In this document: positions 8,456-17,838 of the stretch, in pieces
How the letters are laid out: each line of letters opens with the position of its first letter
Numbering within the stretch: the first letter of the stretch is position 1
NCBI GenBank assembly: GCA_038893995.1
Contig: JAWAQK010000022.1
Span: forward strand, 1-35,832
From: Candidatus Thorarchaeota archaeon
Lineage (GTDB): Archaea > Asgardarchaeota > Thorarchaeia > Thorarchaeales > Thorarchaeaceae
Direction of reading: 5' to 3'
DNA: 35,832 bases
The notes under the pieces: model-generated
The model's database searches: none
What the model was told of the DNA's origin: nothing
The model's input: the letters and a program-made list of their open reading frames with translations, nothing else
Translations under genes and position numbers: made by a program

Positions 8456-10375
8456 TCATGATACAGGTTGCTTTCCTCTGCGAAGCAGCCTCAGCGCGTT
8501 TGCTGTCACGACTAGAGTCACCCCCATGTCTCCCACTCCAACGGCAATCCAGAGGCTGGATAGGCCCAATACTGCGAGCACGATCACCAAGGACTTGACA
8601 GTCAACGCCAGGATGACATTCTGCTTGACGATCGCCATAGTCCTCTTGGCCCTCATTATCGCAGAGACTACTCCACGCAGGTCGTTTCTCATGAGTGCTA
8701 CATCCGCGGTCTCGAGAGCTGCGTCACTCGAGGACGCGCCGACCGCGATTCCCACTGTTGCACTGGCCAAGGCCGGGGCATCGTTCACTCCGTCCCCCAC
8801 CATTGCTACTGTCTGATCTCTCGACAGCTCCCTCATCGCGGCCACCTTGTCCTCGGGCATCAGACCTGCCCTGAATCTGAGGCCGAGTTCTTGAGCGGCC
8901 CAAGCAGAGTTTGATACAGAGTCCCCGGTCAGCATGATCGAATCAATGTCCATATTCCGTAGCAGTCGGATTGTTTCCTTGGCCTCCTGCTTCAGAGAGT
9001 CGGCGAGCACTACTCGGCCCAGTTCACCCCTCTCGTCACCCACGATCAGGTCCACCAACGGTGTGTTGTCCTGGTCCGACGGACGACATGTGTGATCTGT
9101 TGGGTCATCGGTGCCCGCGCTAGTGATAGTGAATGTTTCGCCTCCGACCCGACCCCTCACCCCCACTCCTGGTTCGTATTCAAAGTCTGTGACGTCATCA
9201 ATTACCCTGAGGTTGCGTTGCTCGGCCTCTCTCACTATCGCCCTGGACACGGGGTGCTTCGACCTGGATGACAGAGCTGCAGCTTTCTGCAATAATGTTT
9301 GAACATTCTCGCCCCGCGATGAACAGACGTGTATGACCCTGAAATCGCCCGTTGTAAGGGTGCCCGTCTTGTCGAATGCAACGGTCTTGGCAGCAGCAAG
9401 GCTCTCGATGTGGCGTGCCCCCTTTATGAGCACACCTTCTCTTGCAGCCCCGGCGATTGATGACGCCATACTGACTGGCACAGAGATCACGAGCGCGCAG
9501 GGGCAGGCAGTCACAAGTAATGTCAGCCCACGATAGACTGACAGATACGGGTCTGTACCTACGATCAACATCGAAAGGGCGAGTAGAACTGATCCGGTCA
9601 CGACAAGAGGGGTATATACGTGGGAGAACCTGAGCACTGCAGACTCTACCTTTCCCCTACTCTTCCTGGCTGATTCTACAAGCTCAACTATTCTCGACAG
9701 GGTCGAGTCACTGTAGGTCGCAGTGGTCTCGATCTCCAGGTAACCATCAAGGTCTATCGTTCCTGCAAGGACCTTGTCTCCTACATTCTTCCTGACAGGT
9801 AAGGACTCACCAGTGATACTGGACTCGTCGACTGATGCGACACCAGATACTACTATTCCGTCTAGGCCTATGGTCTCCCCGGGTCTTACTACGAGCCGAC
9901 TCTTAATCGGGACCCGGTCTGGGGATAGCCGGACCTCTCCCTTGTGTGACAACACGGAGACCTCCCTATTACGTATGTTCGCCAACGATGTGACCTCACG
10001 TTCGACGGCAGAACCCGCATACTCCTCTAGCGCCTCTGCGACCGAGTACAGGACCATCACTGCAGCACCCTCTGCGGGAGCTCCTATAGTCACGGCCGCG
10101 AATGATGCAGCTGTCATGAGGAAGCTTATGTCGAGATGAAGGTGTAGGGCGCCTCTGATGCCCCTGGGGATGGTGTACCTACCCGCTACCAGTATCGAGG
10201 TCCCGTAGACGATCAGCGCCTGATCACTCAGGAGGGACAGCTCCAGGAGTACTCCCAAGAGCATCAGTACGAAACCTACGATGGCAACAGCGAATACTGA
10301 GCGTGGCTCTCTGACCTCAGCGCGAGATTCCTCCTCTGCGCAGTGCCGGCAATACTGCCCGTTGTGTTCGTCCAA
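8456..10375 (-). CDS. Heavy-metal-translocating P1B-type ATPase (Zn/Cd/Co-like)
   Basis: TGESLP, CPC in the membrane region, DKTGT, SKHP, GDGVNDAP, GDMG; short N-terminal CRHC. Confidence 0.93.
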   Translation of the reverse strand: MDEHNGQYCRHCAEEESRAEVREPRSVFAVAIVGFVLMLLGVLLELSLLSDQALIVYGTSILVAGRYTIPRGIRGALHLHLDISFLMTAASFAAVTIGAPAEGAAVMVLYSVAEALEEYAGSAVEREVTSLANIRNREVSVLSHKGEVRLSPDRVPIKSRLVVRPGETIGLDGIVVSGVASVDESSITGESLPVRKNVGDKVLAGTIDLDGYLEIETTATYSDSTLSRIVELVESARKSRGKVESAVLRFSHVYTPLVVTGSVLLALSMLIVGTDPYLSVYRGLTLLVTACPCALVISVPVSMASSIAGAAREGVLIKGARHIESLAAAKTVAFDKTGTLTTGDFRVIHVCSSRGENVQTLLQKAAALSSRSKHPVSRAIVREAEQRNLRVIDDVTDFEYEPGVGVRGRVGGETFTITSAGTDDPTDHTCRPSDQDNTPLVDLIVGDERGELGRVVLADSLKQEAKETIRLLRNMDIDSIMLTGDSVSNSAWAAQELGLRFRAGLMPEDKVAAMRELSRDQTVAMVGDGVNDAPALASATVGIAVGASSSDAALETADVALMRNDLRGVVSAIMRAKRTMAIVKQNVILALTVKSLVIVLAVLGLSSLWIAVGVGDMGVTLVVTANALRLLRRGKQPVS

Positions 10376-10504
10376 CAGACCTCATCGAGTCCACCAACTC
10401 AGATAATTATTTATAGTTAACCATACTTCCCCCACAGAACACCTTTATCCCTAGCTTGCAAGAGGAGGTGTCATCACATCTTCCACTGCCAGGTGCTATG
10501 AGAG

Positions 10505-12286
10505 ATGCACGGTGATGGTCCCCTTACAGACGAGGAACGTAACGGCAGAGCACTGAATGCCATCTCAGAGCTCCTCGAGAGACTAGGGGATCCTGCCATG
10601 GTGTCAGATGAGAACCGTGTGATATATGTCAACGATGCGTTCGCCCAGATGGTCGGCTACTCGAAGGATGAGATACTTGGTTCTCAACTGACAGGCATTA
10701 TCGATGTCGCGACGTTGTATCAGTATCGGAATGCCATAGAGAACTCGAATGATCTTATCGACAGCCCAAAGAGATTTCGCATGAAACTGGTGACCAAGAA
10801 TGGAGGCCTTGTGATGGCAGATGTCACAAGGAAGGTCCTTGCCACTGGAGGTCGCATCTGTTTCCTGAGCACTCTTCGTGATATTACCCAGCAGGTCCAG
10901 CAGGAAGACGAACGGGAGAAAGAGCGACAGACTCTCAAGACCATGTTCGAGTCGTCTCCAGTTGCATACTTCATTCTCTCCCGAAATGGTATTGTTACAC
11001 AAGTCAATGACGCAGCGGCCAGGTTGCTGGGACACGAGAAGGAGAAGATACTCAGGAGTCAATTCACTACCTTCCTCTTCCGAGACGACAGGTCCAAGGA
11101 TGATGCTGAGATCGTGAGGGCAGCGCTGGGTGGCTCCGTTCTTCGTGATGTGGAGATGAGGCTTCGAAACCGGCAGGGAGAGATGGTATGGGTGCTCATG
11201 ACTTCGAGCCCCCTGATTGTGAACGGGGAATTGATCGGGACGGCTGTCATGGTCAACGATGTGACTCGAAGAAAGATGGCAGAACAGAGGGCGCAGGAGG
11301 AGAACGAGAGATCCAGCCTGTATCTGGAGATACTGACACACGATCTCAATAACCTCAACCACACCATCCTGGTGTCGATGGGGCTACTCGAAGAGCTGCT
11401 GACGCCGCAGGGAAAGATACGAGAGCTGATCGACGAGACAGAGTGGGTCATCCGTAGAGCCACGAGGACTATAGAGAGCCTCAAGATGATACGTACACTG
11501 GCCGACTCCACGCCCCCTGTTGTCCCAATAGCGATAGAGGACTCTGTGAATCGTGCAATTGACATGGTGAGGGAAGACTTTCCGAACAGGTCGGTTGAGT
11601 TCGAGGTCCATCTGACCGAGTGTCCGCCGATCGCCGGGAACGAACACGTTGATACTGCCCTTTTCAATGTCATCCACAATGCGGTCATGTTCTGCAACCG
11701 AGATGTCGCTCATGTCGCAGTCCGCAGCAGGGTCTCAGAGGACAATCGAGCAGTAGATATCATGGTGGAGGACAATGGCCCTGGCATTCCGGATACGATG
11801 AAGGAGCTCATCTTCAAGCGTAGCGGTCACCCAGATAGCCAGAGTGTGGGCAGAGGACTCAGTCTGACCCTCGTCAACTACATCATGAAGGGACTTGGGG
11901 GTTCTGTCTGGGCAGAGGACAGAGTGGCTGGTAACAGCGAGATGGGCGCGAGACTAGTGCTGAGGTTCCCCGTCTGGGTCGAGAGAGCTGTCCCTAGGTG
12001 TGGGAGACCATCCTGCATCATCTTCTATAAGTCTGAGCACTGCGTCTTCTGTCCCTCTTCAATGGCAGCTCTGAAGGAGGCAATGGCGACACTGAACCTC
12101 CCGACAGAACTGATAGTGGAAGTTGATGTTGACGATCCGTCTCAGGGCATCCGACGGGATGAGATTCCTGTCGTACCTGCAGTCAGGCTATGTGATTCCG
12201 TGCTCACAGGGATAATTGACTACGATACTTTTCTCTCGGCGCTCATGAATCTCTCGGGAAAGGAATGCCTACCCCTGATTCGCTAG
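10505..12286 (+). CDS. PAS-PAS sensor histidine kinase with C-terminal thioredoxin-like (CxxC) domain
   Basis: Two PAS repeats; H-box LTHDLNN, N-box NVIHNA, EDNGPGI, GRGLSL; tail IIFYKSEHCVFCP...VPAVRL...LTGI. Confidence 0.88.
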   Translation: MHGDGPLTDEERNGRALNAISELLERLGDPAMVSDENRVIYVNDAFAQMVGYSKDEILGSQLTGIIDVATLYQYRNAIENSNDLIDSPKRFRMKLVTKNGGLVMADVTRKVLATGGRICFLSTLRDITQQVQQEDEREKERQTLKTMFESSPVAYFILSRNGIVTQVNDAAARLLGHEKEKILRSQFTTFLFRDDRSKDDAEIVRAALGGSVLRDVEMRLRNRQGEMVWVLMTSSPLIVNGELIGTAVMVNDVTRRKMAEQRAQEENERSSLYLEILTHDLNNLNHTILVSMGLLEELLTPQGKIRELIDETEWVIRRATRTIESLKMIRTLADSTPPVVPIAIEDSVNRAIDMVREDFPNRSVEFEVHLTECPPIAGNEHVDTALFNVIHNAVMFCNRDVAHVAVRSRVSEDNRAVDIMVEDNGPGIPDTMKELIFKRSGHPDSQSVGRGLSLTLVNYIMKGLGGSVWAEDRVAGNSEMGARLVLRFPVWVERAVPRCGRPSCIIFYKSEHCVFCPSSMAALKEAMATLNLPTELIVEVDVDDPSQGIRRDEIPVVPAVRLCDSVLTGIIDYDTFLSALMNLSGKECLPLIR

Positions 12287-12300
12287 ACGATAGTGCCATT

Positions 12301-12329
12301 CAAAAACAGTGGGCGGGACAGAGTCCCGC
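12301..12329 (-). terminator. Hairpin plus T-tract between the convergent kinase and dsrE genes
   Basis: GCGGGAC-AGA-GTCCCGC (12313-12329), followed on the minus strand by TTTTTG. Confidence 0.5.
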
Positions 12330-12337
12330 GCATCTAC

Positions 12338-12700
12338 TCAGAAGAAGATGGCCTTGTCGTGCTTGAGGATGTCGTCGATCATCTTCGCGGCACCGGCGAT
12401 CTCGATCCTCGGGTCACGAAGGTCTTCCTTGTCTAGGCCCCTGAACTGAGCCGAGTTCGAGCAGACTTCTATCTTCCCTCCCGCATCCAGGAACATCTGA
12501 ATGAGCTCTGTGAGCGGAGGAAATCCCGGTGCCTTGATCTTCTCGGCGACTCCCTTCTTCATAAGCCAGACAGCATCCATCATCAGGAATATGTTTGCAG
12601 TGACGTCCTGCGCCTGTGCAGTTGTGCCAGTAACAAACGGGCCATAGCACCTCTCAGCAGCCTCAGGACCCCACGAAGAAACGATGTAGAGTGTGGGCAT
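12338..12700 (-). CDS. DsrE/DsrF-like sulfur-relay family protein
   Basis: IFLMMDAV, GGKIEVCSNSAQFRG (conserved Cys position), ends in 'IFF'; GAGGTGA RBS before ATG 12700. Confidence 0.88.
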   Translation of the reverse strand: MPTLYIVSSWGPEAAERCYGPFVTGTTAQAQDVTANIFLMMDAVWLMKKGVAEKIKAPGFPPLTELIQMFLDAGGKIEVCSNSAQFRGLDKEDLRDPRIEIAGAAKMIDDILKHDKAIFF

Positions 12701-12710
12701 CTTGATCACC

Positions 12711-13106
12711 TCATATTGCAGACAGTGGTACGTAGTAGAGCACGAGTCCTAGTGTGAGGAACACGGCCATCAGTAGATTCGTCATGTGCGAGCTGTGAAT
12801 TGGACCGCCCTGCATCGTCTTCATCAGTATTGGGACTATCTGACCAAACTCCATGAGTAGGGCCAGAGTGTACAGCGCAAAGTCGAGGATCAGAAGAATA
12901 TGAAGCAAGTCCATCATAGTCCCCGGAGACGTTGACACAAAGACTCCGAACAGAAGGGTCACCAGCGACGACAGCATCGCGATCATCAACACAAGTACCT
13001 GCACCATCAGGTACATTCCCATCCTCCTGGCTAGCATGAAGCCACTGAACATTGTGGCCACAGACAAAGCAAACAGGAGAAGCAACAGTAACTGCATCAG
13101 TGCCAA
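12711..13106 (-). CDS. Hypothetical ~4-TM membrane protein, probably co-transcribed with dsrE
   Basis: 131 aa, almost entirely hydrophobic helices; 10 nt upstream of dsrE. Confidence 0.7.
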   Translation of the reverse strand: MALMQLLLLLLFALSVATMFSGFMLARRMGMYLMVQVLVLMIAMLSSLVTLLFGVFVSTSPGTMMDLLHILLILDFALYTLALLMEFGQIVPILMKTMQGGPIHSSHMTNLLMAVFLTLGLVLYYVPLSAI

Positions 13107-13146
13107 TTCCGGTCACCTTGTTTTCATACTGGTATAGATCTCTTCA

Positions 13147-13219
13147 ATAAACTTATCGAAAGATATACAGAATCTCAGATTTCTGTCGATAACCGACGCC
13201 ACTATGTGAGAAAGTTTAT
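13147..13219. promoter_or_regulatory. Back-to-back BRE/TATA promoters with a central dyad operator
   Basis: AAGTTTAT on the minus strand (13147-13154) and plus strand (13212-13219). Arms TTATCGAAAGATAT (13153-13166) and ATTTCTGTCGATAA (13179-13192) are 12/14 complementary. Confidence 0.6.
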
Positions 13220-13263
13220 GAATGACGACAGTCACACTTGACCCCAGCTAACAGGTGATTCTC

Positions 13264-13500
13264 ATGGCAGACGAATTCGCAAAGGAGTTTGACGCATCTG
13301 GTCTGAGATGTCCAATGCCAGTCCTACAGACAAAGAAGCACATCCAGGATATCAAGGTGGGAGAGATACTCAAGGTGATCGCGACAGACCCGGGGACCAA
13401 GAAGGACTTCCCTGCCTGGGCCGAACGCACGGGGAACGAGATTGTCAGCATGAGAGAAGAGGCAGGAAAGATAATCTGGTTGATCCGCCGAAAGGCATGA
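13264..13500 (+). CDS. tusA: Sulfurtransferase TusA family protein
   Basis: DASGLRCPMPV (CPxP), GEILKVIATDPG..KDFPAW; AGGTGA RBS. Confidence 0.93.
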   Translation: MADEFAKEFDASGLRCPMPVLQTKKHIQDIKVGEILKVIATDPGTKKDFPAWAERTGNEIVSMREEAGKIIWLIRRKA

Positions 13501-13642
13501 ACCAACTTGGATTATTGTGGTGTTTCATGGTATTCACCACCGAAACTGCCCGGCATTTTCCATCCCTTTGACACGTGAAGAGATGCGTCCAGCGGTTGAT
13601 GCGCCTACTAGTCAAACGGACTTTGGTTCGGACTACCAGTCG

Positions 13643-14299
13643 CTAGTGTCTCAGCGCCATCATTTCTCTGCTTGAGAAGAGCTCCCTGAGGATTGCTCCC
13701 AATACCATGCAGTACTTCTTGGCCTCCGAGATGTCGGACCTATTGTCGCCGACAGATGCGTACACATTGTCCACTTCCTGTGTCATTGACTCCCACCTAT
13801 CGCAGTCAGCCCGACCATAGAGCTGGAAATAGTCGCTTGTGGCCTGGTTCACAGCCTGCTCAACCGCCGACTCGATCCGTTCAGCAAGCGAAGTGTGCTT
13901 GGTGATAGGAAACACCGTGAAGTACGCGGGCTGTATCTGACTCTTACCCCCGCTCATGCGCGGCAAGACCTCGAACCGGCAGAAGTGATGTACGCCGCAG
14001 GGGGTCAACAGCCTGAGTGCAAAGGCATACTTGGGCGAGTTGATGTTTCCGATAGTTTCGACTATGGTGAAGAACTTGGCCGCATAGTAGGGCGCAAGAG
14101 GGTCGTCGAGGAGGCATCCGCTTCTGGTGATGATGTTGCTGAGGCCACACTGGGGACCGAGGTCTTGTGGCCGTGCGTCTGACCAGGCAAAGAACACACG
14201 GAGCCCCACTGGCGCCTGGCCCGTGTCTCCGATCACGACAGCTGTTCCATCTCTCAACTTACGATAAACTGTGTCGGCGTAGTTCATAAGTCCTCGCAA
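13643..14299 (-). CDS. Hypothetical protein
   Basis: 218-aa ORF with globular composition and no recognised motif; ATG 14287 is an alternative start. Confidence 0.65.
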   Translation of the reverse strand: MRGLMNYADTVYRKLRDGTAVVIGDTGQAPVGLRVFFAWSDARPQDLGPQCGLSNIITRSGCLLDDPLAPYYAAKFFTIVETIGNINSPKYAFALRLLTPCGVHHFCRFEVLPRMSGGKSQIQPAYFTVFPITKHTSLAERIESAVEQAVNQATSDYFQLYGRADCDRWESMTQEVDNVYASVGDNRSDISEAKKYCMVLGAILRELFSSREMMALRH

Positions 14300-14777
14300 T
14301 ACGTTTCATTCACTCGACTCCGTCAGGTTGATTCTCAGAAACGGAACTTCGGCATTCCTGGCACTGCACAAGACTCGCAAGATACACCGAACACATTAGG
14401 ATGGTACTTGATGCCCGAGTCTTCACAGGTGACTGGACGAGATGCCGATATCGTCCTCTGAAGTGTTCCAGTCCAGGGTAGACTGGTCTGATTCATCAGG
14501 GGTCATGCCAGCTCGAAGCCTACAGGTCACATCGAACAGGAGTGCACATGCCGTGACCCCGCATTACGCCGAGATGCTACAGAACGTGTCACATTGTGAC
14601 CATGACGCCAGCGGTCAAGGACTGAGTCCTCGGCTGCACTGTGGCTCGGTCCTCGGTGAGGATACTTCCCCTGCAATCCGTCAATCGTCGAACCAAATTT
14701 CATTTCAATCATAAACAATATATCCTCGATGGAACATGAACAGCCCAACAAGGCGACGTGGCCTTGGAGGGAAAACA

Positions 14778-15620
14778 ATGAGTAGCGAAATGAACATGAA
14801 GACATTGGTGCTTCATCTCTCGGCTATTGCACTGGTGATCTTCTACCTGATGTACATGCCCTACACAATACTATCACCAGTCGTAGACGAGTGGGGTGTC
14901 CTCCATGTCTGGCTCTACTACTTCACGCTGGTCCTAGGGATCCTATTCCCGCTGTTCTATGCGAAGGGAGATGAGGACACAGCGTGGTACATTCTCGGGC
15001 TGGCCATCATCCTGAATTCGGTGGTCTGGCTGCTTGCTACACCACCCCTGACGACGAACCCACTGTTGTCAGCCCTGATGACGCTACTGCTGGGAGTGTT
15101 CTTCTTCATCACGCCCCTAGTGCTGAAGAAGGTGTCCCAGGCAGACATGGTCAAGAACATCCTACACATCATCAAGGGCCTCTTGATCCTCGCCGCTGCG
15201 GGGTTCTATGCCAACTGGGTTCTTGATGACTTCATTGGCACCACTAGCTACAACCACATCATGCCCCAGTTCCTATTCACGGGCGGAGCACTGACAGTGG
15301 TGTTCGGCTTTGTGCTGTTTGTCTACGGTCTGTTCAACATTTTCCGCATGAAATCAGGAGGCAAGGCCAGCGAGTGGTTCGGGAAGATCTCAGAGTTGTT
15401 CTACGTACTGATGGTCATAGTATTCCTGATAGGAGTGACCATGAATGTCTCGACCCACCTGGTGGCGGCTGCATTGGTTGCTCCCTGGCTAGGCGCGACG
15501 TATGCCACCTCAATCGGCTTCTTCGGGAGCCTGATAGTGCTGGCTGGTAGCAACCTGGTCACATTCCTCCTGATTGTGCTCTACGTCTACGGCATGAATA
15601 AGATCGTAGAGAAGCACTAA
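14778..15620 (+). CDS. Hypothetical polytopic membrane protein (~8 TM)
   Basis: Repeated hydrophobic helices; GGAGG RBS before ATG 14778; followed by a terminator. Confidence 0.8.
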   Translation: MSSEMNMKTLVLHLSAIALVIFYLMYMPYTILSPVVDEWGVLHVWLYYFTLVLGILFPLFYAKGDEDTAWYILGLAIILNSVVWLLATPPLTTNPLLSALMTLLLGVFFFITPLVLKKVSQADMVKNILHIIKGLLILAAAGFYANWVLDDFIGTTSYNHIMPQFLFTGGALTVVFGFVLFVYGLFNIFRMKSGGKASEWFGKISELFYVLMVIVFLIGVTMNVSTHLVAAALVAPWLGATYATSIGFFGSLIVLAGSNLVTFLLIVLYVYGMNKIVEKH

Positions 15621-15631
15621 TCTCTGATCCA

Positions 15632-15666
15632 AAAGGGGAGTAGCCCTCCCCTTTCTCATCTTTTTC
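15632..15666 (+). terminator. Hairpin plus T-rich terminator
   Basis: AAAGGGGAG-TAGCC-CTCCCCTTT followed by CTCATCTTTTTC. Confidence 0.7.
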
Positions 15667-15752
15667 TATGTGATTCCTCTTGAATATTGTTTTCTCTGTA
15701 CGAGAATTCCTTAAATTAACTCTCTCACTGCTCTAAATATGGAGGTGCTTTC

Positions 15753-16151
15753 TTGTCTGTTCTACAGGAAATCGCACGCCAACTGGACTCCGTAGGTATA
15801 AAGTACCAATACGACCAACAGAACAACTTCATCGGAATGAGATGGCAGACAGACCACTTCGACGATCTGAGGGTCCGCATAGTCACTAATCGTGACGAGT
15901 CGTGGCTCTACATTGTGGCTCCGTTCGGCAATTTCTACAAGGTCGATAGTGACAAGCAGTTTCAGTTTGCCATTGACATGCTGAAGGAGTCATGGCGGGC
16001 CAACGGCGTGAAGATGGCACTTGACGACGACAACGATATCATCGTCATTGCAGAGACCAATGACAGGGAGCTGACTGGGGAAGAGCTCAGGCAGCTCGTT
16101 GGAAACGTGGTACATGCCTGCGACAAGCTGTGGGACATCTACCCCGCATAG
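15753..16151 (+). CDS. YbjN / type III chaperone-fold domain protein
   Basis: 132 aa, acidic; LDSVGIKY, GVKMALDDDNDIIV and a C-terminal amphipathic helix; GGAGGTG RBS with TTG start. Confidence 0.65.
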   Translation: MSVLQEIARQLDSVGIKYQYDQQNNFIGMRWQTDHFDDLRVRIVTNRDESWLYIVAPFGNFYKVDSDKQFQFAIDMLKESWRANGVKMALDDDNDIIVIAETNDRELTGEELRQLVGNVVHACDKLWDIYPA

Positions 16152-16254
16152 ACTCACCCAAGCGAGCTTCTCCGGTCCTAGGTCGTTCTGGGATAGATTG
16201 ATATTGAGATGAGGTCCGAATCGCTCGGTGCCTCCGTTGTCAGACTCAGTATCC

Positions 16255-16776
16255 ATGTCTTCGGCGCGTCCTAGGGACCGGGAGAAGCTTGTTCTTCTTT
16301 CTAGACCAAAGCGAATTGGCCGCCTGATCCACTACATCGTGGGGGTCACAGTGTTCCTCGTAGGTCTGATGCATAACGCTCTAGCGGCGGCGGGATTCAT
16401 CTCAGGTTCATACATCTCTGTTGCGCTTGGTGTCTCAGCCCTCGTGGCCGGATCGATTATTGTTGCAATCAATGAGCTCCGACGCAAGGCTGTCCTCTAT
16501 GTCATCACTACCTGGAATGTGAGGATCAGGAGAGGTATCTTCTCCAAGTACACACGGAAGCTCTTCTACGACCAGATCTCTCGTGTGGAGTACCGGATCA
16601 GTAAAGAGCGGAGGCCGGCACATATTGGCGATGTGCTGATCTTTAGGAAGGGCGTCGACGATGTGCCCGATATAATACTCGAGGACGTGCACAGCCCAGA
16701 GGGTCTCGTAGAGGTCATTCGTAAGTTCATGGAGACTACCCCGACCCCACCTCCGTGGGACCACATTCCACGCTAG
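16255..16776 (+). CDS. Membrane-anchored bacterial-type PH domain protein (bPH_2-like)
   Basis: Two TM helices then YVITTWNVRIRRGIFS...YDQI..V, IGDVLI, LEDVHSP. Confidence 0.75.
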   Translation: MSSARPRDREKLVLLSRPKRIGRLIHYIVGVTVFLVGLMHNALAAAGFISGSYISVALGVSALVAGSIIVAINELRRKAVLYVITTWNVRIRRGIFSKYTRKLFYDQISRVEYRISKERRPAHIGDVLIFRKGVDDVPDIILEDVHSPEGLVEVIRKFMETTPTPPPWDHIPR

Positions 16777-17120
16777 TCCAGGCCTCCTCAATGGGGCCGG
16801 TCTGGAATGATCACAGAACGCGACTGGTCTGGTCCATCAGTATGGCAATCATCAGTGACCGATGGGAGTTGCCATGTCAACTGCCGATGGTCTTGTCCCC
16901 CTGCGTCAGGACAATCATGCTTAGGTCCTCATGCTCCACATTGGCCAGACCGTTCCATGGACACGGACCAACCAGACAGGTGTCCGTCGTTTTGGTCTAC
17001 TGATTCGTGCCAGCGCGCTCTTCTGACTCCGGAGACCACTACTGCGCTAGATGACAACACTCAATAGCGCGGAGGTGCCATGTAGACAGTGTCTGATGAG
17101 AAGAGTCCGGGGCTGAGCAG

Positions 17121-17819
17121 TTGCAGAGAGTCTCCATAACATACGTCATCGACGACGAGCAATACCAGGCTGACATCGGTGCACGTACCACCACGATCGA
17201 CCTCACCAACACGGGGCTCTCATCTATCGACCTTCGAAACGTCAGCGGACTCCGCGACCTGCGAGAGCTGAAACTGTCGGGCAATCTGCTTGAGACTGTG
17301 GACCTCTCCCCGCTGCGCGAGTGCAGGCACCTCGAGCTGGTCGACCTCTCCAGGAACAGGCTTGAGTCGATCGATCTTTCCCCAGTCATGGGGCATGGTA
17401 ATCTCAGGTCCGTCAGCCTGTCGCACAACAGACTCCGTAGCGTGGAGGTGGGAGATACCCCGTCGCTCAGTCGTCTTGTATGGTTCTACGCGGATCACAA
17501 CCTCATATCGGAACTTGATATGCGCCCGTTTGCCAGATGTGGAGAACTAGAGTACCTAGTACTCTCCAGCAACCATCTCAAGAACATCTCTATCAGGCCG
17601 CTGCTGAACTGCAGGAAGCTGAGATACCTGATGCTAGATGGCAATCCCCTGGAGTCCCTCGACATATCCGTGCTTTTCCACCTCTACAGCTTGGAGGTGT
17701 TTTCAGTTGACGACTCGACAGAACTCGTTGCTGACTCGCACCTGAAAGGAGCGTCTGACATTCCGTTGGCAGTCGTCAGCAGGATAGGCAGGGTGAACTG
17801 GACATCGGTGGTGCATTAG
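17121..17819 (+). CDS. Leucine-rich repeat protein (LRR-only)
   Basis: About 7-8 22-aa repeats of the type LxxLxLxxNxLxxIDLSPL. Confidence 0.9.
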   Translation: MQRVSITYVIDDEQYQADIGARTTTIDLTNTGLSSIDLRNVSGLRDLRELKLSGNLLETVDLSPLRECRHLELVDLSRNRLESIDLSPVMGHGNLRSVSLSHNRLRSVEVGDTPSLSRLVWFYADHNLISELDMRPFARCGELEYLVLSSNHLKNISIRPLLNCRKLRYLMLDGNPLESLDISVLFHLYSLEVFSVDDSTELVADSHLKGASDIPLAVVSRIGRVNWTSVVH

Positions 17820-17838
17820 CTCCGAGGGTTGACCACAG

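Noticed and set aside
10604-11697. Long antisense ORFs (also 126-671, 464-922, 6324-6791 and others)
   Set aside because: Shadow frames of well-supported genes in GC-rich DNA, with no motifs.
17093-17116. CTGATGA…CTGA as a hammerhead core or C/D box sRNA
   Set aside because: No GAAA after a stem II, and only half of a C/D arrangement.
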